Positions 24,401 to 36,400 of a DNA stretch of 64,000 nt are shown here, in pieces. The notes beneath the pieces are model-generated. The model was not told the DNA's origin. It did not search any database and saw only the letters and a program-made list of their open reading frames with translations. Within the stretch, counting starts at the first letter, position 1. Every line of letters begins with the position of its first letter. The stretch is from Chiloscyllium plagiosum (lineage: Eukaryota): assembly GCF_004010195.1 (NCBI RefSeq), contig NC_057716.1, positions 45,747,329 to 45,811,328 of the forward strand. The letters run 5' to 3'. Position numbers and translations under genes: made by a program.

Positions 24401-27400
24401 TTTGTACCCTCTATTCCCTCTCCAAAACCTCACTCTAATACACATTTATGATTCATAGGAACACGGAGCAAAAGCTTGTTAATTTGAAAAGTTGTGAAAA
24501 ATGAAATCTCTGATCTTAGTTTCTGTTATGCATTGCAGAACAGTGTAAATAGAAAGGTGTCACCTTTTAAGAGCATTTTTATTGGCATTTTCAAGGACAG
24601 CTTGTTTGCTGGACACAATACATACCTTGTACCTCTTTTTACAGCCAGGCACAGGGCAAGCAAATGGCTTCTCATCATCCCCATTCAAGCACATTGAACT
24701 TAGAATAGTCTCAGAGCTGATAGCACTTTCTGTTGTCCATGATTCATCACTGTCAGAATCTTCACATTCAATTTCTTCTTCATCTAATTCACTGCCTAAA
24801 GATTCAGGAAAGAAAATAAATAGGGATGAGGTTAGCTTTTTTTAATAAATAAAAATCCATATTTAGAAGAATTGCTTTAAATGAAGACTCTTGTCCACTT
24901 CCCCTGCCCTGTGAAATTATTATAAATGTAAGACATTCAATAGCCACATAGCTAACACACTTGTGTTTTGAACTGCCAAAGGCATCCTGGGTAATTAGCC
25001 ANNNNNNNNNNNNNNNNNNNNNNNNNNNNNNNNNNNNNNNNNNNNNNNNNNNNNNNNNNNNNNNNNNNNNNNNNNNNNNNNNNNNNNNNNNNNNNNNNNN
25101 NNNNNNNNNNNNNNNNNNNNNNNNNNNNNNNNNAATCATTTCAACTAGCAGCACACTAACCAAGCAACTGAAGCAAGAATAAACAGTTCAACAAGCACCA
25201 CACACAGAAAAGAGAAAGCTACAATAATGTGCAAGAAAGAGGGAAGCGAAGGCAAGGAACAAAGTACAAATGGAAAAGAGCACTTTTCAGTTTAAACTGA
25301 AAAACAGCTACTGCTCCAAAAAGTTAACATGGAGCACAAAGATACAAAGTGAGCAAAGAAAGCACACAATTCTTCACTTGGAAAACTTCAATCTACTTAC
25401 TCACATTTTATAAGATATTAACAGTCAGGCAATCTGTATCGAATGTTACCTCATGTTTCACTACATGAAAATTTAGAACCTCAGTAACAACTTGTAAACT
25501 AAAAATTACAACTGAAAGTCTTCTTATATACAGAAAGGTATCCTGAAAACAAGAAAACTATGAAAACTACACATTTAATTTTATAATGCATTCTGGAAAT
25601 ATTATTGGTGTAAATAGTCCATTTTCAACTTAAAATTTATGTACGCTGTCGTTAAAGTGTTTTTGAAAGCCAAGCACAGTCTTATTCAGACACCAGCTAC
25701 AGATCGGAATCGTCAGATTTAATCACATAGCTGTGCAAAGAGTCTGCTAACATTTCCTTTAATTAAAAGACACACAGAATCTATTTCAGCTTTGCATATT
25801 CTGATGATAGAACATTGATACTCATTATTTTCAGTCTCTAAACACTGAATCAGTGTCAAGAATGCATCCATCACAAGAAGGCTACTGATGGCGAAATTTT
25901 CAACTGCATCAGCAAATTTTGCATTTACAATTTCTGCAAGTGACATGTTTTTTATTAGATGGAGATCATTTTCAAACAACAAGATCATGAGTCTGATGCT
26001 TTGTTGCACCTCTTAGCAGCCTACCTAATGACAGTAATTAACAGTCTGCAATTAGCATCCACTTCAGAAGACATTCAAATGTTAATTTGCCTTCTCTAAT
26101 GTGATGCACAGCTGTGCAACAAGATGCATGCCATGAATCGTACATGAAACTGCGAGTCTGGTCTTTTGGTTTCAATGTGTCTGGCAAAACCTAAATATTG
26201 AATACAAGAAAGATTTCTTTCCAGCAATACAGATTTTTAAATAAATCATGACCCAGTTACATTAACAAGTTGTGTTGATACTACATTTTTAACCAACGTA
26301 TCTTTCCCAAAATACTTTTTGAAAAATAATTGATTCATTAAACGCACTATATTCAGTTAGAAGCCACATAGTTTTTGCATTGGAAAGAGCACTATTCAGA
26401 ACATGTTAGACCCTACAGTACCTCATGCACAGCTTTGCGTGCAAGTAACTGTGGCTGCAGCTTTCAACATAACGATCATATTACCTCTTTATGAAACTAC
26501 TAAAAACCAGCACCAGGTCATCCCCATGGCTCCTATCTGCCCCACACAGTGCACCTTCCATGAGAAAAACACTTCAAGCATAACTTCATGCTGAATAAAA
26601 TGGTCTGTTTTAAATGATCAAATTATATGAAATAAGTGTCTTAAAATGTTACTTTCATATTTTAGCTGCTGCAATCAATCAAGGAAGACACTCTGTAATC
26701 TGCATAGCATGCTGAGAATCTGAATACTTTACTTGAACAGTGAATAACTTAGGTTTATGTTACTTTCTTCAAATAGCTAGTTACACATTCGTTGTAAGCT
26801 AATTTCTGAAGAAGGAGGAATGGAGTCCAAATTAGTATTTGATTCTACCTAAAGCTTATGACTTGGGAGTTTAATAACCGGAATATTGCAAAGAAGATAT
26901 CTGGTATTAAGTGTTTTTCTCATGTGCCAAAAATATACAATGGAAAATAGGAACTGGAATGATTGTAATGACTGCATAAATCCTATAGAATGTCTACCAC
27001 ATACCTAAGAATTGCAAAAAAGCTGATGGACTCTTATTGTATTGCATGTTTAGTAAAACTAAGAATTAATCATTTCCATATATGGATGACCTGCATGCAT
27101 TTAATGAAAATTGCATAAACCTCCAACGTAGCTCAGCTGTGGTAGAACTTCCATTTTCAAAGATTAACAGTGGATCCAATGCAAGTTCATGGCTTAAAAT
27201 ATTATTTATATATAATATATGATATCATAGTTGTGATCTTGCTGCCCTAATAAAGTATGATTTTTTTCAAAAAACTTTCAATCTAATTCAATACTCATTT
27301 ATTTTCTTGGCTCAGTTCAGCAGCTAAACTTCCTTTTCAACATTTCATCCCCACTAATGTCCCCAGCAAATCTAAAATTCTTGACCTTAAATCTATGGTC

Positions 27401-30400
27401 TTGTCCTCCTTAGCTTCATCTCTTCTGCAGTACTTAAAATAAACCTCTTTGAACTCTTCGTTCATGACTCCAGTTTTGTTATTCACTCCTTTCAATCCAA
27501 CAGCGGCCAACCTTCCGCGTTCCTAGATTTCATTCTCCTGAATTCTTTTCACCTCCACCTGTTAGAGGTTCCTCTTAAAACCCACTTTCACCAAAGCTTT
27601 GGTCTCCTACAATCTTTCTCCAATCTCTGTAAAATGCCTTGGGAGATTTATGTTAAAAGAACTCGATATATGCAAATTATAGCTCATTTCCTTTTCTGCT
27701 TTCATGACTAGAAAAGCGCATGGTCAAACCAGTAATTCCCACTAGATTATATTAAAATCAAAGTTTACCTAACCACCACAATTCTACCAGCATTCCAAAG
27801 ATTCCATTACAAGCAAGACAGGATACTCAGTTCAAATTACTTTGCCAAAATAAATAAATCTACATTTATAGCTGCATAGTACCTTATCTGCTCATAAGAT
27901 CCAGCAATGTAAGGGACTCAACAATGTGTTTTGAATTGTACAGAGGTTTTGCTGATTTTCAATATTAATTCATTAAATAAGTTCTACCTACTTAGCCCAT
28001 GGATATCTTGTATAAGTCTATTTTAAAATGTATATTTATACAATGTTTATGTAAATTTATTATTGATATAATTATCAAAATCTGGCTCTAAAAGGCTGAT
28101 GTAGTTTTGCTTTGTTTAGAAGTACCAACCTGTTGGTGTTCCACTGCAGGCTGAAGAGGATGGTGTAACTGGTGGTGTCCCTGGAAAAGCAGAGCTTCCG
28201 TTACCAGGGTGAGGTGATGCAGGTGTGCCGCCCCTTCCCACAGGACTGGAAAGGGCTGGTGTTAACTTGGCCTGATGTCTTTTTCTCATCTGCTCACGCT
28301 CACGGCGTGCAGCATCAGTTAGAAATCTGAATAGGTTCAGGAATGTAAACAAGAAAAATAGCTGTATGATTACTGATTGTGAAGACCTGGCCACAAATCA
28401 CAAAATACCTACATCTTATTTGTTGCTGGTCACTTTTCATGTTAAGGTTTTTACTGCATCTACAAATAAGGGTTAAACTTGAAAGATCTTATTACAAGTC
28501 TGTGGGAGGTCTCTAGCTTTACTTACTGACTCTGGGGATCACCACTTTCAAGGCAAGATGAAACAAAACAAGTTTCAAAATACCCACAAGCTGCGTGCAA
28601 GAGTTCTAACTGGATTAACATTTATTGACTGTTTAAGCTTCCCTGCTTTTTTGCTGGAGGACAAAAATAAAGAAGTTTAAACTAGAGTTGTAGAAAACTG
28701 GACCGTAAAAGCAAAGACCAAAATTTAACCTACTGTCATCTTTTTTGTTGAGGTTTGACTCTGAATTTTTATGTTTTTATCTCAATGTAAATTAAAATAT
28801 ATTTTGATTTTGCACAACCATCTGATCTGTTTTCATCTCAAGTTTAAATTGTAAGATTCTTGCAAGAGAGAAAGATAGTTAAGGGTTTACGCTGAGTTTG
28901 CATTTTTGTATTGATTTTATGATACACAGGTATTTTGATTTATGGAGTGGTCATGTCAGTTTAACAAGCTGAAGGACATGCAATATCTCCAACATCATTA
29001 AAATTCAGAAGCCGCTAGAGCTAAATCGGTACACTGTCACGCACTATGTTTGGACAACAGGGGTCTTGGACATATGGGATGTCACCATTTTCACAGATAA
29101 ACTTACAACAAATAAGACTAATGTTTGGTCTAGGTTGAAGAATGAAAAACAGGATAACTGTTTGCTTTTTATAACTGATGAAACCCCCAACCTCAAGAGT
29201 GGTTCAAATAAAATTAGGATATAATTATCAAACATCATAAATGGATAAAGGGCCATTCTGTGATGCATCAGAGACCCCTATGGGTTATTGCGAATAATGA
29301 CAAATACACACTTACGTCAGTCAACAGTGCAGTCCTACTGGTTATTTTTTTCTCATACCATATAAAATTATATTTAGAAGGTGTGTCAAAATGGTCTGTT
29401 TTACATTTTTATTTTGTTTTTGAATTTAGCAAAAGAAAGAAATAAGGAGTAGTAGTAGACGAAATGGGTCCTTTAAGCCTGCTCTGCCATTCAATATGAT
29501 CGTAGCTGATTTTAGACTTGAATTCACTTTCTTGCCTGCCTCCCCCCCACCCCCATCCTTCAGTTCATTGGATCAAGAATCTGCCTCTCTGCTTTAAATA
29601 TAGTGGCACATTTACAACTCCCTGGCACAGAGAAATCCAGAAATTTACATCACTTTAAGTGAATAAATTTCTCATCACCCCATTCCCAAACTATTGCCTA
29701 TTTGTCTTGAGATTGGTGAATTTAGAATGCATAGCACAGACAGGCAAATAACCTGCCAATGCCTATCCTGTCAGAACCTTGTATTTTTCAATGGGATCAC
29801 CTCTCATTCTTCTGAACTCTAAGAATATAAACCCAATTTATTGAGCCTCTCATCACAGGACAAATCATTAACCTCAGAATCAATCTAGTGAACCAGCGCT
29901 GCTTTGCCTCCAACATTTCTGATGAAGGGCTTTTGCCTGAAACGTCAATTCTCCTGCTCCTCGGCTGCTGCCTGACCTGCTGTGCTTTTCCAGCACCACA
30001 CTCTCAACTCCAACAGAATATATCCTTCCTAATATATGGAGAGTGTATTTAAAACCGCATTTCTGGGTATGTTCTCAGTCAAACACTGTACAACTGTAGC
30101 AAGACTTCATTATCGCTGTACTCAAATTCCTTTGCAATAAAAGCCAATGTGCATTTGCATTCCTGTTTACTGTACACTTACATGTTTACTTTCTGTGAAC
30201 CTTGAATGGGTATATCCAAGTCCATCAGAAAATCGACAAATTTCAAGCCTTCTAAAAATGTTTTGTTTACTATTCTTATGACAGCTGCAACCAGCCTCAT
30301 ACTTCTCAATATTATACTTCATCTCACTAATGTCAGTTTGGACCTAAGCAAGTTGGTGAGACAGTAACCAAGACACCTTTCTTTGTCATAGAGTCTGACA

Positions 30401-33400
30401 GCACGGAGACTGGCCCTTTGGCCCAAACTGGTTCATACTGACCAAAATGTCTATCCACTCTAACCACATTTTTCTGCATTTGATCCATTTCCTTCTAATC
30501 CTTTCCTATCCATGTATTTATCCAAATGCCTTTTAAATGTTGTTAATGTACCCACCTCAACTGCTTCTGCTGGCAGCTCATTCAATATGCACACCACCCT
30601 GTGTAAAAAAAAAATTGTCCCTCAGATTCCCTTTTATTCTTTCCCCTCTAACTTTAAACTGATGCCCTCTAGTCCTTGATTCCCCAACACTGGGGAATAA
30701 AACTGAGTGTATTCATCCTATACATGCCCCTCATAATCTTATACACCTCCATCAGATCCCCCCTCAGTTTTCTAGGCTCAAAAGAAAAAAAACTCATGGC
30801 TTATCCAACCTCTCCCTATAACTCAGACTGTTGAGTCCTGGCAGCATCCTTGTAAATTTCTTCTGCACTCTTTCCAGCTTAATAATATCCCTCCTATAGC
30901 GAGGTAACCAAAACAGAACACGATATTCCAAGTGTGGCCTCACTAATGTCCTGTATAACTGCAATATAACTTCCAAACTTCTATACTTAATGCCCTAACT
31001 GATAAGGTTTCTTCACTGCCCTGTCTACCTGTGACTCTACTTTCAGAGAACCGTGCACCTGAACTGCGCTACACTCCTTAAGGCCCCACTATTCAACATA
31101 AAACTCTTATCTTGATTTGACTTTCCAAAACGCAAGACTTCACACTTTTCTATATTAAACTCCATTTGCCATTTCTTGGCTCACTACCCCAGCTAATCAA
31201 GATCCTGTTCAATTTCTGATAACCTTTCTCCCAGTCCATGATACCTCTTATTTTTGGTGTCATTGGCAAACTTACTAATCATGCCTTGGACATTCTCATC
31301 CAAATTATTGATTATAGGTAACAAACAGCAGTGGGCCCAGCACCAACCCCTGAGACACTCCTCTACTCACAGGCCTCCAGTCCGACAAGCATCCTTCCAC
31401 TATTACCCTCTGCTTTCTACCATCAAGGCAACTGTGTATCCGATCTGCCAGCTCTCCCTAGATTACATGTGATCTAATCTTCCAGAATAGCCGACCACTT
31501 GGAACATTATCAAAGGCCTTACTGAAATCCATATAGACTATATCTACCATCCTGTCCTTGTCAACCTTCCTGATCACTTCATCATAGAACTCTAACAAAT
31601 TTGTGAGGCATGATCTCCCACTCACAAAGCTATGCTGATTACTCCTAATCAACCCCTGTCTTTCCAAATGCATGTATATCTTATCTCATTATCTTCTCAA
31701 GGAACTTACCTACCACAGATGTTAGGCTTACCGGTCTACAATTCTCATGGATTTCTTTGCAGCCCTTTTTGAATAAGGGCACAACACTCGCTACCCTTCA
31801 ATCTTTCAGGACCTCACCTGTGGCTAACGATGTTGCAAAAATATCAGCCAGGGCCTCCACAATTTCTTCTCTAGCCTCTTGCATCCAATTCTCATACATC
31901 TAACACCTTTCTACTGTGATATTGAATGTCCTCAAGGTATGATCACTAACATCCCCAAGTTCCTAAGTCTTCATGTCTTTCTCCACAGTAAACACAGAGG
32001 AAAAATATTTATTGAGTACCTTGCCGAGAAATTATTGGCTACTCAATCTTACTGCTCCGTTCCACAACCAGTTCAATCTGTTCACCCTTTATATAAATAA
32101 AATCTTCAAAAGAGGGGAAATAAAACTGTGAAAGTCATTCAAACAACTCTGAGCAAAGATAAGCTTCATATCTCTCGGTCACCTTGAGATAGCAGGACTG
32201 ACGTTGAAGGGAAGGTTGAATTAGCTAGGATTATATTTGCTGAAAATGTGTTGCTGGAAATGCGCAGCAGGTCAGGCAGCATCCAAGGAGCAGGAGAATC
32301 GATGTTTCGGGCATGAGTCCTTCTTCAGGAAGGATTCCTGAAGAAGGGCTCATGCCCGAAACATCGATTCTCCTGCTCCTTGGATGCTGCCTGACCTGCT
32401 GCGCTTTTCCAGCAACACATTTTCAACTCTAATCTCAGCATCTGCAGTCCTCACTTTCTCCTAGGATTATATTTGCTGGAGTTCAGAAAAATGAGGAGGG
32501 ATCTCTTTGAAATCTATAAAATTCTAATAGTATTAGGTAAAGCATATATAGAAAGGTAGGGAGAGTTCCCAACGGTCATGGTGACAGTGGCTGATGCAGG
32601 AATTTTTGGGGGTGTGGGGGTGGTGGTGGACGAGATTTCCTGCACTAGGGCTCACCGTCTAAACCATTTAGGACTGAGATGAGGATAAATTTCTTCACCC
32701 AGACTGTGGTGGGTATACGGAATTCACTACCACAGAATGCAGTTGAGGCCAAAAAATTGTATGATTTCAAGAATGAATTGTATCTCGCACTTGATGCTAA
32801 AAGGATCAAAGGATGAGGCAAAAAAGCAGGAACAAGTTATTGGGTCGGATGATTGGCCATGAATGGCAGAGTAGTTTTGAAGGGGTAAATGGGTTACTCC
32901 TGCTCCTGTTTCCTATTATTCTATGTCACACAAGGCTTGAAAATTGAGTGTGTTTTCACAAATTCATTTCTTTAACATTTTATTCACTTTCAAGGCTTCC
33001 TCAATAACAGCATGTTTCAGTTCCAATGCATCATAACTTCTATCAGGCCTAGTCTGAACCCACAATGGATTGTTCAAACTTCACAACTGGTCTGATTCCT
33101 CCCTGGAAAATCATCTTTCTGCAAGGACCTGCCCTGATTTATCAGAATGTAATTAATAGTTTAAAAGACTGCTCATCCAAAATTACTTTTCACTCATTCT
33201 GGTTAATTTTTAGCCCTTTGTATATAAATGCTGACTTCCAATCTTAGATTCTTTTTTGTTGCTTGATCTATCACACCACTCAAATTTTATCGAACCTCCT
33301 CACAGATAATCACTGATGTGCATCATATAGGTGCCTGTAATTTTCTTTTTGTGGTAGCAGTGGAACATTGCTGAATTTGCTTGAAGCAACTTACTTCCAG

Positions 33401-36400
33401 CAAGATGACATGCATTCTCACTACATCATTCAAACCATAAAGACATTTGTTTAATTTTCATAGCTTCCCCTCTGTATCACCTACTTTTTAGGTGGTTTCA
33501 TAATATTCTCGTTTGAAACTTTTCGCCCTGCAAAAATATAGCTTTGATTAGCTTTCATTTTCAGGAGTATGTTGCGAAAGGAACTAAGGTCTTCAGGAGC
33601 ACTCATCCTGCAGTAGGGGAAGCCACTATAACACCTTGATCACCAAGTTTATTCTTTTTTGAAATCCAAGACACTCTTGACTTTAGCACTATGTGTCCCA
33701 TCAGGAAACAACTTTTCTGTACACAGCCAATTGTATGAGAAAGCTGGCTGTTCCCTATCTAGTACCTCAATGTATACACCAAACTGTAGAGATTTCCAAT
33801 TTTTGTGTTCGACATCCTTTATTAATTTATGCTCTAATTTGTTTGGAGCCACTAAAACTTCTCAATCATTAGGGCTTCTACTTTGCGTGATATTCTGAAT
33901 CCATTCCATAGTCCTTGCTCTTATTAAATTATGACCTCCGCACACCCTTCTGTTGCATTCTGGATTACTACTGCTAGATCTCTCTCCCTATGCATTACCC
34001 TTTTCTCAAGTTTATCATATTTTCCTGGGGCCAAGTTCTCTTTCAGAACTTGACTTTGGGCTTTAAAGCTTACCACACCTTTACCTCACTTGGCCAATCC
34101 ATGGATCTTACCTCCTGTCCCTCATTTTGCACATTTCAAGAATGCTTGAAGTTGCCAGTGGCTATCCCCCACTCCCTAGCATGGTGGAATTCCTGCATTG
34201 ACTGGATCCTCCAAGCATATTTGCTATTTTGGCACTAACTTCCAAATCCTCTCACATTCAAGAAGTATGGGCAGCAGATCTATGTAAAAGGGAAGATTAG
34301 CTATGTCCAGCCATCTTGTAAGGAAAGTTCCACACAGTTTCTCACATCTGCAGGTAAAGCACCAAAGTTCTATTGCAGACTTTGGTAAGGTGGCTCATTC
34401 CAATATTAACACACCTTTAAAGGTTTTTCCTCCAGCTTCTGGATCACAACCACAGAGCCAATGAGGATGAGGAAGATCCCCATTCCCCCTGAACCTCTCT
34501 CCATGCTCCGTAAAGTCCACTTCTGAGGGAGCACCTGGGACCCTCCAAGGAATCACTGCCAGCATGCTATCCACCAAAGCAGAGAATCCCACCTTAGTGA
34601 ATAATGTTTATCTAGAATAGGTTGAGGGTCACATTCTGGTGAGCATAGCACTGACACAGGCCAGAGAAGAAAGAAATGGCCAAGCTCTCTGAAACTTGGG
34701 TGGTTGCTAGAGATCAGGCTCATGCTGAGGCCAGCACAGATGAGGAGTTTCCAGCCAGATTCGGTCATTAATGAATCAATGGAGATGTAGAGGAAAGCAG
34801 TGGAACGTGCTGTAGAGGTGCCAGAAACCTTGTACAGGCTGAAGTGAAGGGCAGAGGAGTCTGTTCATATCCTGTCTGATCTGCGTCTCTGGTGTGCCAC
34901 CACATGGCTGTCTCAATGGACAGCAAGGTTTAGCACAACCTTCAGTAGCTGTCAGATATGCACTCAGACTTGCACTCCATCGTTTGAGCTGTAGGTGCTT
35001 TCATCCATTGGTTCTGTGAAAGGGGGCCAAATAACCTTCCCTCCAGTTGCCACATCCCATCAAGGGCTGCGAGATGTCCATGGTGTACCAACAGGGAGGC
35101 AACCAAGAATTGTCCATTCAGAATCCAGCAACTCACCTCTGCCAGGAACCCAAGCAGATCGGAGTGCACTTGTGCGGGATACCCACAAGCAGAGTGGGGG
35201 CGGCTACGTCCAGGGTCACAAAAGGACAACACTAAAGCTTTCAGTGGCATGTTAACAAAGCAGTTAGCAGGCTTCCAGCAGCTCACTGCTGCTAAGGGAT
35301 CATCCAGACGTAGTGCAAGGAAACATGGGATGAAAGAAAATCGAATTCACTTTGGGTACATGAATGTGAACATTTTGTAAATCACTTCTATGTAAATAAC
35401 AGTTTTGTGTTCCCTTCTGGAATACCTTGAGAGGCAATGAGCTCCGTGAACATGTTCTTCAGCTGCAGGGCTGAACACCGCTTAAAGACTGCTTAGCACC
35501 GACACTTGCATGCACAGGTCCCATCTGCGAGTCGGAAACCCTCTGGAAATCTGCAATCTAAGCTTCATCTAGTCATAAAGATGTACAGCACAGAAACAGA
35601 CCCTTTGGTACAACTCATCCATGCCGATGAGATATCCTAACCTAATCTAGCCCCACCTGCCAGCACCCAGCCCATATCCTTCCAAACCCTTCCTATTCAT
35701 ATACCCATCCAGATGCCTTTTAAATGTTGCAATTGTACTAGCCTCCACCACTTCCTCTGGCAGCTCACTCCATACACGTATCACCCTCTGCGTGAAAAAG
35801 TTGCCCTTTAGGTCTCTTTTATATCTTGCCTTTCTCACCCTAAACCTATGCCCTCTATTTCGGGAGTCTCCCACCCCAGGAAAAAGACTTTGTCTATTTA
35901 TCCTATCCATGCCCCTCATGATTTTATAAACCTCTATAAGATCACCCCTCAGCTTTCGACACTCCAGGTAAAACAGCCCCAGCCTACTCAATCTCTTCCT
36001 TAGCTGAAATCCTCCAACTCTGGCAACATCCTTGTAAATCTTTTCTGAACCTTTTCAAGTTTCACAATAGTTCAATGTTTGTGTTGCTTGAGTCAATCAG
36101 CCTGGTGTAGGCCCACTACTTCTCCGTGAGAGATGTATGTCCCTCGCAATCAAAGGTTTCTATCATTGAGATGGGTTCGTGCAGGTCACAGCCAATAATG
36201 ACTCTACTGGGGATCCTGCCCAGTAACTAATGGTGTGCTCCTTCTGAGTGGTTCAGGCAGTGGAACCACATCTTCAAGGGACCAACAGTCTGATCAATGA
36301 TTGTCCTGGTGGATTGATATTGCAGCTTTAGAGCATCAGTTTGACAATTTCACACTGGGTCATTTGCCATCTTTTCTGGGGGTACCCCTTGTCACTCACA

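Noticed and set aside
32241-32425. Long hairpin as pre-miRNA, CRISPR repeat or DNA-transposon MITE
   Set aside because: The arms match Penelope pLTR sequence, there is an asymmetric tail and a long variable TSD, and there is no spacer array.
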